NCBI RefSeq assembly: GCF_006345805.1
Contig: NC_043002.1
Location: 13,702,001-13,766,000, forward strand
From: Octopus sinensis
Taxonomy: Eukaryota
Direction of reading: 5' to 3'
DNA length: 64,000 nt
Of the stretch, positions 13,975 through 26,898 are shown in pieces. The first letter of the stretch is position 1. Each line of letters starts with the position of its first letter. Position numbers and translations under genes: made by a program. The notes beneath the pieces were generated by a model. It was not told the DNA's origin and did no database searches. It worked only from the letters and a program-made list of their open reading frames with translations.

Positions 13975-14465
13975 TTTGAACGAATTGAAGGCATGACTGA
14001 TCTCGATTATTATGACCGTCTTAAAACCTTGAAACTCTACTCTCTCCACCGCCGCCGCGATCGGTACGTCATTTGTAAGATGTGGAGAATATACCGCCAG
14101 CATTGCTCAAACGACCTGAACATTAGTTTCAAGATTCAGCCAAGGCTGGGACCACGGGCCATACGTCCCCTGCTCAATGTATATAGGTGATATACTTTCT
14201 TTTCCTGTTTAATATTGTCCCGAAAGAGATCAATGAGGAAAAGGATCCCATCACCTTTAAACGGAGTCTGGAAAGATTTCAAGGAATACCAGATAAGCCA
14301 CCCATACCTGGATACAACTCACTCAACAAGAACTCACTTCTTGAATGGACCATAAACAAAACTTGACTTAAACAGGATTTAGATAATCCTATCAGGTGGT
14401 ATATTAAGTTAGACATGGCCAGGACCAATCTTCGGTCGAAACATATCTAAGTTTTTATTTAAGTT
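13975..14465 (+). mobile_element. CR1/L2-group LINE 3' fragment
   Basis: LDYYDRLKTLKLYSLHRRRDRY and LFNIVPKEI...FKRSLE...IPDKP..PGY C-terminal motifs. Confidence 0.75.
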
Positions 14466-14657
14466 AATGGAGATACTATATCTCGTCCCTCTCCAATTTT
14501 TAGTTCATGCAATTGAAAAAAGCCGCATCAGTTATGGGATGATCCAATATATCTATGGTTAGTTGAACTGGACTTTTGAAAGCTATGTTAGCTATCTATC
14601 CTTTCCAACAAAGCAAATGACAGCTTATAAACCGGTGATAGCAGGAGTGTCCATCGA

Positions 14658-14930
14658 GTTGGCACAGAGGTGACGATGAATGGTTGAACGACCAAATCCA
14701 AACTTCTATACTAGTTCCTCAATAGTTACAATGTGATTTTGTTCCACCAAGCTGTGGAGAACATTCTCGTCGAGCTCTATAGATCCTCCAGGACGTGGCT
14801 CGTCTTCAAGGCTGTAGGAGCCGGCTCAGAATTTCTGGAACCGCTATTGAAACTGGCTTATGCTTATTGACCGTTCCCCATCTACTGCCTGTTCATTTGC
14901 AATACTTAAAGCGTGTATAGTTTTAAATAC
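14658..14930 (-). repeat. Local partial duplicate of the adjacent mariner (about 13529-13970) with an internal deletion
   Basis: Near-identical to 13529-13757, then jumps to about 13930-13970. Confidence 0.9.
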
Positions 14931-15444
14931 CTTTGATATACTGATGATGTTGGTGTTTATCTTAATGGTCAATCATTTACTAAGTAAGTGACTTGTGTTC
15001 ATGTATTATCTTTAAATCAGATAAACTGGACAAAAACATGATATTAAACTCTGTTTCCTTTCACAAAGCGGATGCAAGTAGAGCAGAATATTTTCTGAAT
15101 ACTTAAACTGAAGAAAGCAATGTAAAAATATTCAATAATTCCTCATTTCTAGAATGTGGGGTTTGATATCAAACATATTTTACAAGATTATATTGATTTA
15201 TCAAAGAAATGCTGTAAATTCCTCGAGGTGATGTATTGCGATTTATTTAAATATACATTAGTTTTAATAATACGAATATATTCACCGTGTTACCTGACAT
15301 CAATACATATGATATTCTTGAGAAACGCAGATGATGAATCTCCCTCGAATATGACACTGAGGTGCAAAATTGGATAAAAGATAATGGATAGAGAAGTATC
15401 AGTATGATGGAATAGTTGAAGTGCCTTTGATGTTAGACCAACTC

Positions 15445-15700
15445 TGTCAATTGGAGGCGCATGTCTTAGTGTCAATTGGAGGCGCGTGTCTTAGTGGTTA
15501 GGGTGTTGGCTCATGATCGTAAGATTGTGCTTTCGATTCTTGGATCGAGCAACAGGCTTATGATATTGAGCAAAACACTTCATTCTACTCAGCTAGCAAA
15601 AATGAGTAATCCTGCGGCAGATCGGTGGTCCGTCTAGGTGGAGAATATATGCACCATGCAAACCGGTCCTTACGAGTCGGTATGACTCGAGTAAGGAACT
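15445..15700 (+). mobile_element. tRNA-derived SINE with a short tandem duplication of its 5' end
   Basis: GTCAATTGGAGGCGC.TGTCTTAGTG occurs twice, then GTTAGGGTG...TTCGATTC B-box-like segment. Confidence 0.65.
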
Positions 15701-17630
15701 TTAACTTTTTTTAAACCACTCTATCAGAGCTACTCAGAATCACGAACGATATAAATGTCGGTAAATTGGCTGAGTCGAGAAAGAGGCAGAATACTTAGCA
15801 GTATTCGTTGCATGTCTCTACTATCAGGCTTCTAATCCAGCCATTCATTGGGGAATCCATGACTAAATTACTTTTTCAGTATCGAATATACTAGTCCAGT
15901 AACGGGTGTGTTACGTTTCTCTCTTGAAGAAATTAATCCCGTCCCGATTTGAGAGGTGATGGTCTCTAACTTTAGATAAAGAAGACACAAAGATGACACC
16001 ATTTTGACACTATCAAGAGATCAGGGTCTGACACATGGAAATGATGTCAGTGTAGAACCAATCTTTCTATATTCCTGCAGCAACACTAAAACTCCAGTCA
16101 CCATGTAGTAATTTAATGATGGAAGATATTAACACGTGTTTCATGCCATTCGTTTCAAATGAAATTTTGGATTCACGTGATGTATTCACCGATTCCATAA
16201 TTCTGACATTGTTCACAACAACAAGCTCTGTAACCCAACGCACCATAAACTGTTATACATAGCAACTAAAATCTCTTCAAGCCCCATCAAATAGAATATT
16301 AAATAAGGAAGAAGAAAATGCAGACATAGGATAATGTGGACTTGGATCTACTGTTTGGAAATGTGATATGTGATGGTTATAGGAATGCTTTGATCCTAAT
16401 CTGGTTTGGTAGAATCGATATGAAGCTAAACCCATTGAGGAAAAAAAAAAGAGAAGAAATTTTCAGTACTTTAGTCATAGCAGCATAGTGCGAGTGGTTC
16501 ATGATCATTGAAAGTGAAATAAGTTTCACTGGTCTGGACAGTTACAGGATAAGAACCTGCAATGTCTGTTTCCCAATCAGCATATATTAACAAGATGAAT
16601 AGTGGACGGAGGACTAAGAAAAGGAAATTGATGAGTTGTTTGATGGTTTTATAATGTCGAGTTAGAATGTTTTATCTACGAAAATGTAGATAAGTTAAAG
16701 ACTTCTATTGTTTAACATTGTTAATTTCGTATTTATTAGCTTCTTTGAATTGTGTACTAAAAAGGAGACGAAAAGAAGAGAGTAAGAAGCAAAAAAGAAG
16801 TACAGAAAGAGAGCAGAAATGTGTTAAAATACAAATTGTGTCTGGATTACAATGTAATAGAGTGTAGAATAAGAAAAAAGAAAAGAAAAGAATAATGCGC
16901 CCGTTTACCGCTTGTTTATGAGAAGTTAGTTTTCTATTTAGCGCCAACCACATTGAAATATATGTTAATACATACGAAAATAGTCATTTAGAAGCGGAAC
17001 AATAAAATACCATAAAAATCTACAAAGAAGCTCAGATGTTAAATAAATTCAGAATTATTAATGAAAAATAAAAATAAAGTATTTTAAATTTCAATACACG
17101 TAGGCACATATGTATACATATGTCACATACATACAAATGCACTTACACACACGACTTTGCAGGCACATATGTACAAAAATAAACACAAGCGTACACAACC
17201 GTATATATATATATACTCATATATGTATGTATATATATATACAATTAAAGGAAACAAAATGGAAGACATAAAGGTATAGTTTAGTTTTCTTTACTAATTG
17301 TAATACTTCAAATAGGAAAAGAAAACTCGATATAAAATAACAAAGGAACGTAGTAACAAAACATAACTTTTTTTTGAAAAGATAGATGTCAAACTATAAT
17401 GCAAAGAAAAGAATTTAACAAAAGTAATTCTTAAGGAAACTTACTGAAGACAAAACGAGACCAATGAATAAATAAATAAATAAATACATGAATAAATAAA
17501 TATATAAAAATAAGTATATAAAAATAAATGAATATATTTAAAAAGAGAGCATTTTTATAGCTCAGACATATAGTACACTTTTGTAAGTGATAAGAGCTCT
17601 TCAGGTTTTTTTCTTCTAATATATCCCGAT

Positions 17631-17746
17631 TTACACACACACAAGCACAAGCACATACACATGCACACACACAGACACACATACACACACACACACACAC
17701 ATACACACAGACACATACACACACACACACACCACACACACACACA

Positions 17747-17792
<46 letters not shown>
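17631..17792. repeat. (CA)n-(TA)n microsatellite
   Basis: Direct inspection. Confidence 0.95.
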
Positions 17793-17793
<1 letters not shown>

Positions 17794-18479
17794 AACTCTC
17801 TGAACAATTTTATTTTCTGATTGATTTGAAAATTATAGGTATTTAGGAAATTCTAAATGTTATATAGAAAATTTTGTAGATTTATTTTTTTCTGTCATTA
17901 AAATTTTAGGTTTTAAGAAAGTAAAGATAAACTAAATAACTAAATAGAAAATAAGCTATAAACTAGTCTTTTCAGAATCAATATCGAATATTTTTTTGAC
18001 CAACCACAAATGCCCTACTTCTAAAAATCAGTTAGAGTGGAGTTTGTTTTGACGTTTATAATTTTACTACTAAATTTACTGCGATCGTTGGTTCTTATTC
18101 TATCTCTTTTCATAAAAGTGTACTTAGTTAAACGTGTGTGTATGTGTCAGTCTGTCTATCGCTCTGTTCCTCTCACGCTGAATAATAAAAATGCTGTTTC
18201 GCTTTACGCTGATACAGCAGTTGTTTTCTTTTTCCAATCAGGACTCCCGCCATTAGCTACATAGAATAATCTCTAATTCGAGCCTACTCTAATCTACTAA
18301 GAATGCGTGTGGCAACTTGATGATCCACCCACCACACACGATAGACTGGCGGTTGCACGGGCGCGAAAACTACGTTGTTATCCTCATTCCGTGAACGGTG
18401 ACTTTTCACCGGTGGAGAGCTGAACCATCTTGGGGTACAGAGGATTCGCAATCTAGCTTAGGGTCTGAAAGTTTACCAC

Positions 18480-18703
18480 ACCATAGTGGGTTACACCATG
18501 GTTCCTCTGCTTTGTGGCAGAAGCAGGAAGAGAGAGGGAAATTTGTGGTGAAAGAATACAGCGAGGTCCCCCACCGGCGGAGCCTCGTGGAGTTTAGGTA
18601 TTTTTGCTCAATAAACACCCACAATGCCCGGTCTGGGAATCAAAACCGCGTTCTTACGACCGAGACTCCGCTGCTCTAATCACTGGGCCATTGCGCCTCC
18701 ACT
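18480..18703 (-). mobile_element. tRNA-derived SINE
   Basis: Reverse complement begins TGGAGGCGCAATGGCCCAGTGATTAGAGCAGCGGAGTCTCG; same family as 60370-60684. Confidence 0.8.
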
Positions 18704-18714
18704 GTGGTTGTTCC

Positions 18715-19460
18715 TGTTATTGCCTTTCATCCTTTCGGGGTTGATAAATTAAGTACCAGTTGCGTACTGGGTAGAGCTAATCGACTGGCCCCTTCCCCCA
18801 AAATTTCGGGCCTTGGGCGTAGAGTAGAAAAGATTATTAATGCGGCGAGCTGGCATAAACGTCTGTCTTTACGTTGTGAGTTCAAACCCCGCCGAGGTCG
18901 CCTTTGCCTTTCACCCATTCGCGGTCGATAAATTCAGTACCAGTTGCGTACTGAGGTCGATGTTATCGACTGGCCCCTTCCCCCAAAATTTCGGGCCTTG
19001 GGCCTAGAGTAGAAAAGATCATTAATGCGGCGAGCTGGCTGAAACGTTAGCACACCGGGCGAAAACCTTAGCAGTATTTCGTCTGTCTTTACGTTGTGAG
19101 TTCAAACCCCGCCGAGGTCGCCTTTGCCTTTCACCCATTCGCGGTCGATAAATTCAGTACCAGTTGCGTACTGAGGTCGATGTTATCGACTGGCCCCCTC
19201 CCCCCAAATTTCGGGCCTTGTGCCTAGAGCAGAAAAGATTATTGTTGGTATTGACTAAGACGGCGAGCTGGTAGAATCATTCGCGTGCTTGACTAAATGC
19301 ACAACGGTATTTTCCCCTTCACTACGTTTTGAGTTCAAATTCCACCGAGGTCAACTTTGCCTTTCATCCTTCCAGGGTTGATAAATTAGGCACCAGTGAA
19401 ACATCGGGGTTGATGTAACCCCGCCCAAATTTCAGGCATTGTGCTTTTTAGTAGAAAGTA
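18715..19460 (+). mobile_element. Tandem run of four SINE units
   Basis: Repeated TTGCCTTTCA.CC...GTACCAG...AAATTTC.GGC.TTG.GC....AGTAGAAA; units 2 and 3 share private variants. Confidence 0.85.
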
Positions 19461-20569
19461 TTATTATTGTTGTTGTATCTGAGAAAGCAGAAACATGCCC
19501 CAAACATTCCAATCATGACCCTCCCTTATTAATATATTTCTTGATATTGCTTCCCTGCTGCACTCTCCAACATATTTTGTAATATCTTAAGGAGTAATTT
19601 GAATGAGAATTAGCAACTTTGTTTAACTATTTCAAATGCTGATTAGAGGATCAGATACGGTAGGCTGTACTGCAGTTACCGACCTGAAGTTCAACAAGCC
19701 CGTTGCCGAAAGCATTCAGTATATTTTGATATTTGTTTTTATTATTTTTCTCGAGTCCTACGCCTCGCAAGACAGACTGCTTGGTTTCCATGGCGTATAA
19801 GTGATCGAGTCCATAATATTTCCCTGCAGCAATTCTGAGTGGATGTGATTTGTCGATTACACCGACCCAGGTGCTTCATTCGTACTTTATTGACCCAGAA
19901 GGGAAGAATAGTAATGTCGACCACGGTGGGATTTGAAACCAGGAAGTAAAGGCCGGGAAGAAACGCAGCGAAACATTTTATTCGGTGCGTTTACGAAGCT
20001 GCTAAGCACACTGCTTCACCAAATTCAGGTCTGAGTTCAAATTTTTTTTGTGGACTAAGGCATAGAAAACAATTCGAATATAAACCAACTAATGGCTTTA
20101 AATGACAAAACATAACACATCGTAAAGTAAATGAATTGGCACTTACTTTAGTAATACCTTGTGATGGGAAAACAGGAAATTTGACAACTAAAGGTGATGC
20201 CAATGGTTATTAAATCTGGGTCACGGAATCGATTTTCTGAGAGACGCCTTTTATTCGGCAAACTTAATTCCATGCATCTAGAAAAAATACATTGTATTCC
20301 TTAGCACTTGACACAGTTACTTTCTCAGTATTCTCTTTAGAATTTTATTATTGTATGCTTTACAAATAGTTTAGAGTGACTAAGTTAAGATTGACCGAAT
20401 CAAAGTATATTTCACTTCCAGTTTCTTCCTTCTTTTTGTCTTTCTTTTATTCTTCTGCATTTCCCTCTGTCTCTATTATTCTCGTCACCTCTCACCTTCT
20501 TACACTCATGTTCTCTCTATATATATATACATATATATATATGTACATATGTGTTGTGTGTGAAACTAT

Positions 20570-20642
20570 CTATCGATCTATGTATGTATGTATGTATGTA
20601 TGTATGTATGTATGTATGTATGTATGTATGTATGTATGTATG

Positions 20643-20675
<33 letters not shown>

Positions 20676-20690
20676 GTATCTGAGTATGTG
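20570..20690. repeat. (TATG)n-(TATC)n microsatellite
   Basis: Direct inspection. Confidence 0.95.
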
Positions 20691-21414
20691 TATCTGTATG
20701 TGTGAAGTGTATGTCAATTCTGTGAAGGACTTCATTTTAGTGGAAGTATGCTTACCAAAATCTAATAAATTTTGCAGTGACTTATACAATATTTAAAAAT
20801 ATCGTATGATCTAGTTCCACCATTCAAAGTTTCATATATGTACATATACATATATGGCACAAGAGAAGACTAATATGAATTCAGCAAAGTATAATGAACA
20901 CAGACACTATACACATACATAACTTACCTTCTTCGCTCCCTCAATAGAACACCACGTTTTTCTTTTTGCATTTCAGCCCTTCAGATTCTCATCGGCGCCA
21001 TTCTTACAATTTAAATGAAATAAAGATTTTTAATAAAAAAAAATCTTTCCATAACACTCATTTTCTCCTTCTACTTCCTGCTTCTCACTCCCCATAGTTC
21101 TTTTGATTCTCAATAAGCACAACCGTTGGAACTGAAAGACACTTACTCTTTATTTAAAATATTTTATCTCAAATGTTAAACTAAAACTTTACTCATCGTC
21201 TTTGACATTTCTCTCTATTTTTTTTTACTTTTGTGTTGTTCTAATTGTGACTTTGAAAGACGCATCTGCACATACGATGCATCATCTTGCCTGTAAGGTG
21301 CAGGCATCATCTTGTACATCATCTTGCCTGCAAGGTGCCGGTGCCTGAAGGCTCGAAACGATCGTAGTGGTATGTTTCTCTGTGTGTGTAAGTCTGTGAT
21401 TATATATAGAGAGA

Positions 21415-22310
21415 GGCACAGGTGTGGCTGTGTGGTAAGAAAAATGCTTCCCAACCACATGGTTCCGGGTTCAGTCCCTGGTAAAGTGTCTTCTGCTATA
21501 GTCTCGGCCCGACCAAAGCCTTGTGAATGGTTTGGTAGACGGAAACTGAAAGAAGCCCGTCGTACATATTACTCTTTTATACTCTTTTACTTGTTTCAGT
21601 CATTTGACTGCGGCATGCTGGAGCACCGCCTTGTAATCGAGCAACTCGACCCCGGGACTTATTCTTTGTAAGCCGTACTTATTCTAGCTCGGCTCTTTTT
21701 GCCGAACCGTTGTACGGGGGACATAAACACACCAGCATCGGTTGTTCAAGCAATGCTAGGGGGGACAAACACACTCACACAAACACACACCGTATATATA
21801 TATATACCATATATACGACGGGCTTCTTCCAGTTTCGTCTACCAAATCCACTCACAAGGCTTTGGTCGGCCCGAGACTATAGTAGAAGACACTTGCCCAA
21901 AGTGCCACGCAGTGGGACTGAACCCGGTAAACAAGCTACTTACCACACAGCCACATGTGGTTGGTAAACAAGCTACTTACCACACAGCCACACCTGACCA
22001 GGGTTCCACGCAGTGGGACTGAACCCGGAACCATGTGGTTGGGAAGCATGCTTCCCATATATGTGTGTGTGTGTGTGGGTGTGTGGGTGTGTGTGCATGT
22101 GTGTGTGTATCTGAGAGTCAGTGTTTGTCCCTCCACCATCACTTGACAATCGATGTTGGTGTGATTAAGTTCCCGTAAGCTAGCGTTTCAGCAAATGTGA
22201 CAGATGAAATAAGTCCTGGGATCGATTTGTTCGACTAGAGGTGGTGCTCCAGCATGGCTGCAGTCAAAGGACTGAAACAAATAAAAAATAAAATAAAAAA
22301 GAATATATAC
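21415..22310. mobile_element. Cluster of microsatellite-containing SINEs in both orientations
   Basis: Head GGCTGTGTGGTAAG...CCACATGGTTCCGGGTTCAGTCCC on + (21415); full copy on - (21575-21965); rearranged + copy to 22310; same family at 25315 and 56045. Confidence 0.85.
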
Positions 22311-22329
22311 ATTCTTTTATTTACGTGTG

Positions 22330-22845
22330 GTTATGTGAGTGAATGTATGTGTATATGCATGTAGTATACATGCATGTATGTTTGTATGCATGTATGTATG
22401 TATGTATGCATGCATGCATGTATGTATGTATGCATGTATGTATGTATGCATGTATGTATGTATGTATGTATGCATGTATGTATGTATGCATGTATGTATG
22501 CATGTATGTATGTATGTATGCATGTATGTATGTATGCATGTATGTATGTATGCATGCATGGATGCATGTATGTATGTATGATTGTATGTATGTATGTATG
22601 TATGTATGCATGTATGTATGTATGCATGTATGCATGCATGGATGCATGTATGTATGATTGTATGTATGTATGTATGCATGTATGTATGTATGCATGTATG
22701 TATGCGTGTATGTATGTATGCATGTATGTATGCATGTATGTATGTATGAATGTATGTATGCATGTATGCATGCATGCATGCATGTATGTATGCATGTATG
22801 TTTGTATGTATGTATGTATGTATGTATGTATGTATGTATGTATGG
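22330..22845. repeat. ~515-bp (TATG/CATG)n tract
   Basis: Direct inspection. Confidence 0.95.
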
Positions 22846-23465
22846 TTGTGTGTCTATGTATCACCTTAGTGATATTTCTTTCATCATTGGCACAAAGAAA
22901 AGATTAATTCATACAATTTAACGTCTATGCACTCTAAGCGTTCTGAAACGTTGTCGAATTTGGTGTCAATGGCTGAATGAGAAAAATTTCCAAATTTCTC
23001 TTTCGTCCTTTTCCGTTAACCGTTTCTATGTTGCACTTTGATTTTCTTTATTTGTTCCGTAGCAGCGCTCACAACATCCTACATCTTACCTCACCTATCA
23101 ATGCCCTTCCATCCTCTCTGACCATTCTGTAACTTTTGTCCTCCTGCGTTCCTTGTCACTCTCTCTTATCGTTTTCTTACAAACACTTCCTTCATACTTT
23201 CCTCATGTTCCCACCCTATCGATTCTTCCATTATGTCATTTTTCCGGGGCCCCATACCTGCACTTTGTTATCCCATTTCCTTCTCTCTCCAATAATTTCT
23301 TTACGCGCTAAAATCACCACTGCAGGCCAAATCCAAAATTCAGCACTTTTATGCCGTTTCCCATTGAAAGTTTCGATGAAGGCAAATACTTTAGAATTTT
23401 TGTCCTGTTCTATTATTTCGAAACTTAGTTCCTTCTTTCTTCTTTCGTTCACGTTACTATATGGT

Positions 23466-23515
<50 letters not shown>

Positions 23516-23617
23516 TACACACATAAATACACACACATACATACACATACATACATACAGACAGACATACACACACCCATAAATGCATACATACATACGC
23601 ATTATAACATGCATATG

Positions 23618-23650
<33 letters not shown>

Positions 23651-23653
<3 letters not shown>

Positions 23654-23985
23654 AAGGTGCATGGCTCAGTAGTTACGGCGTCGAGCTTACGATCGTGAGG
23701 TTGTGAGTTCGAATCCCGGATCGGGCTGCGTGTTTTGTTCTTGAGCAAGACACTATATTTCACTCAGCTGTAGAAATGATTTGCGACGTCATAGGTGCCA
23801 AGCTGTATCGGCGTTTGCCTTTCCCTAGGATAACATCGGTGGCGTGGAGAATGGAGGCCGGTATGCATGGACGACTGCTGGTCTTCCATAAACAAACTTG
23901 TCCGGCCTTGTACCCGGGAGGGTAACTTTCTTGGTACAATCGTATGGTCAGACCTGACCGAAGGGCTCTCAGTATCTCTCTCTCT
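23651..23985 (+). mobile_element. tRNA-derived SINE
   Basis: GTGAAGGTGCATGGCTCAGTAGTT (A box) and GAGTTCGAATCCC (B box). Confidence 0.8.
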
Positions 23986-24026
23986 CTCTTCTTTCTCTCT
24001 CTCTCTCTCTCTCTGTATATATATAT

Positions 24027-24057
<31 letters not shown>

Positions 24058-24121
24058 AAACATTATTGGTGAATGAGGAAATGGAGCTGACGCAGATTGA
24101 ACAGAAATCGTTTTTATTTCA

Positions 24122-24201
24122 TTCTACACGTGTTTCGAAAGGCACAAATTACCAAAATCCGATTGAATAATGGGACCATATTGTGTCTTTCTCTTCAGGG
24201 A
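24122..24201 (-). ncRNA. Minimal type I hammerhead ribozyme motif
   Basis: CUGAAGA core, stem II GAAAG-A-CACAA/UUGUG-C-CUUUC, GAAA, palindromic ACACGUGU stem III, GUA site. Confidence 0.7.
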
Positions 24202-24676
24202 AAAAAGGAAATCCGTTAGAGAAACAAAAACAGAACAGAGGTGGAGCAAAAACCAAATCGAACTACGCTCCTAACGGTTATCACGGCAGTAGCCACCCAA
24301 CGGTTATCACGGCAGTAGCCACTGACAGCCGAACGATCAACGCACACACGTACACAAAAAGTGTTTTCTACCCCTACGCCAACACACACATATATAGAAG
24401 TATAAACACACCACACGTCTCTAAGTAGATTTTTCTCGCCCCTTATAAAACATCCAATATCCTTAAATAGTCAGACTTTATTCTCGGTCACTAAGAACAT
24501 CTATACACCCTCACCCACATGATTGACCGATGCCTGACCTGTAGAATTCTTTAGCCCCCCGGTTCTCAGCAAACACTGATAAACATTTTCGCCATGGGCT
24601 CTTAGGAGCATAGTTCGATTTGGTTTTTGCTCCACCTCTGTTCTGTTTTTGTTTCTCTAACGGATTTCCTTTTTTC

Positions 24677-24756
24677 TTCCTGAAGAGAAAGACACAATAT
24701 GGTCCCATTATTCAATCGGATTTTGGTAATTTGTGCCTTTCGAAACACATGTAGAA
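24677..24756 (+). ncRNA. Minimal type I hammerhead ribozyme motif
   Basis: UUC-CUGAAGA-stem II-GAAA-CACAU-GUA-GAA; stem I UUC/GAA. Confidence 0.7.
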
Positions 24757-25101
24757 TGAAATAAAACGATTTCTGTTCAATCTGCGTTCAGCTCCATTTC
24801 CTCAATTCACCAATAATGTTTTAATTTCAATTATCCGCACCAACGCACGGTTGCAACGCCAGATGGTTGTACCTCCAACCGTGCTGTTTACTGCTGTGAT
24901 TTTTGCTACTAAGGTATCGGTTAACTTTTGATTAATCTACAACAAGATTATTCATCTTTCTATTTCACATAATATATATATATATATATATATACAACCG
25001 ATAAGGGTGAGAAAATTGGATACTAATTTAATAGTACATCCATTTACCACCAAGTGGCTTAGTGCATAAAAGACCCGGATTATGATATATTTTATACATA
25101 A

Positions 25102-25216
25102 ATATAAGAGAGTGGCCATGTGGTCTACTCTAGCACTAAAAATAGATCCGCTTTCTTTTGTGGCTGAAACCTTGCGGATCTATTTTTAGTGCTAGAGTAG
25201 ACCACATGGTCACTCT

Positions 25217-25223
<7 letters not shown>
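25102..25223. repeat. 122-bp near-perfect hairpin (50-bp arms, 22-nt loop), probable MITE
   Basis: ATATAAGAGAGTGGCCATGTGG...AAATAGATCCGC versus GCGGATCTATTT...CCACATGGTCACTCTCTTATAT, one mismatch; TA ends. Confidence 0.9.
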
Positions 25224-25262
<39 letters not shown>

Positions 25263-25314
25263 TATATATATATATTATATATATATAATATATATATATA
25301 CATATATACTCTAT

Positions 25315-25712
25315 TCTCTTTTACTTTTTTACTTGTTTCAGTCATTTGACTGCGGCCATGCTGGAGCACCGTCTTTAGTCGAGCAAATCATCGACCCCGG
25401 GACTTATTCTTTGTAAGCCCAGTACTTATTCTATCGGTTTCTTTTGGCTAATCGCTAAGTTACGGGGACGTAAACACACCAGCATCGGTTGTCAAGCAAT
25501 GCTAGGAGGACAAACACATACACACATACACACACACCACACACATATATATATATACATATATACGACAGGCTTCCTTCAGTTTCCGTCTACCAAATCC
25601 ACTCACAAGGCTTTGGTCGGCCCGGGCCTATAGCAGAAGACACTTGCCCAAGATGCCACGCAGTGGGACTGAACCCGGAACCATGTGGTTAGTAAGCAAG
25701 CTACTTACCACA
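25315..25712 (-). mobile_element. Microsatellite-containing SINE
   Basis: Same family as 21575-21965 and 56045-56445. Confidence 0.85.
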
Positions 25713-25987
25713 CAGCCAGAACATAATTATAAGTAGGGTTCAGGAATGAGTATATATATATATATAGACATATATATGTATGTATTATGTATGTATATAT
25801 ACACACACATACACACATACATATATGTTTCACATTTGCTACAGGATATTCTCATGCTATTGTTCAGTATCGGTTGGACTATATGTCCTTCATTTTTGTT
25901 CAATCCCTCAGTAATACTCTGTATATCTGTAGGGCATCTAAATAAACAATACATAGAACGTATATTCCTACCAACGGAATAGTATGT

Positions 25988-26058
<71 letters not shown>

Positions 26059-26858
26059 GTCTATGTATCTATCGGTCTATCTGTGTATATGTCCATCTGT
26101 GAGTGTGACTCACTGTCTAGTTGTATGAATACGTATGTATATATATATATATATATTATATATATTATATATATATATATATATACACACATGCATGTAA
26201 GTATATCGTGCGTGTATACATAATATATACCCATCCAACTATCTGTACTTATACACTCATACACACTTTCACACACGGGCAAGACGTACACACACACAAC
26301 CAAACACTCACTCTCACACATATATATATATATATAGGTACACACACACGCACACATATATATAGGTACACACACACACACATATATATATGTCACTCTC
26401 TCACTCATTCTCAATCTCTCCCCTCTCTCTTTCTGTATATATGTGTGTATCTGTGTGTTCATAACATACATGTATTTGTTGAGTACTGAGTGTAGCACAT
26501 TTCCAAGAAGTGAACAAAGAACAAAAAAAGCTCAATAAATAACCACGGCTGGAAATTTGCTGTACCGACAATATGTCTGCCAGATAAAAATCTAAAATAA
26601 ATAAATAAATGAAAAATACCTCGTAATGCAAATATATGATTAAAATACCTAATTACTAGCCAGACTGTTTAGTTTCTAGACAACCATTTAAGACATTCAT
26701 CATCTGTAGCTTTTTAGTGGAAAATGATTGTAGAGATAGCCGAAACACGGCTAAATATAAATGACTGTGGCATTCCACGCTCTAGTATATACAGTAGATA
26801 TCTATAATGTTATACAGAAAACATTTATAAAACATTATATATATATATATATATATAT

Positions 26859-26898
<40 letters not shown>

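Larger units (their letters stand above)
12777..14547 (-). mobile_element. Full-length decayed mariner element interrupted by a CR1-like insert
   Basis: TA-flanked imperfect TIRs TTAGGTCATCCCATA (12777) and TATGGGATGATCCAA (ends 14547) enclose a transposase pseudogene. Confidence 0.88.
24056..24823. mobile_element. Non-coding element of two inverted ~220-bp arms (Penelope-like pLTR remnants) around a ~330-bp spacer
   Basis: 24056-24274 is the reverse complement of 24602-24823; each arm holds a hammerhead motif; left end abuts (TA)n. Confidence 0.8.

Noticed and set aside
15960-16440. Unique, compositionally balanced stretch examined as a possible exon
   Set aside because: The frames translated by hand were interrupted by stops within about 55 codons, the ORF track shows nothing of 60 aa or more, and no motif was recognised
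18355-18372. E2F-like TTTTCGCGCCC site on the minus strand
   Set aside because: Single short motif with no supporting promoter context or downstream gene
22317-22921. 150-180-aa MYVC/HTYI-repeat ORFs
   Set aside because: Translations of (TATG/CATG)n
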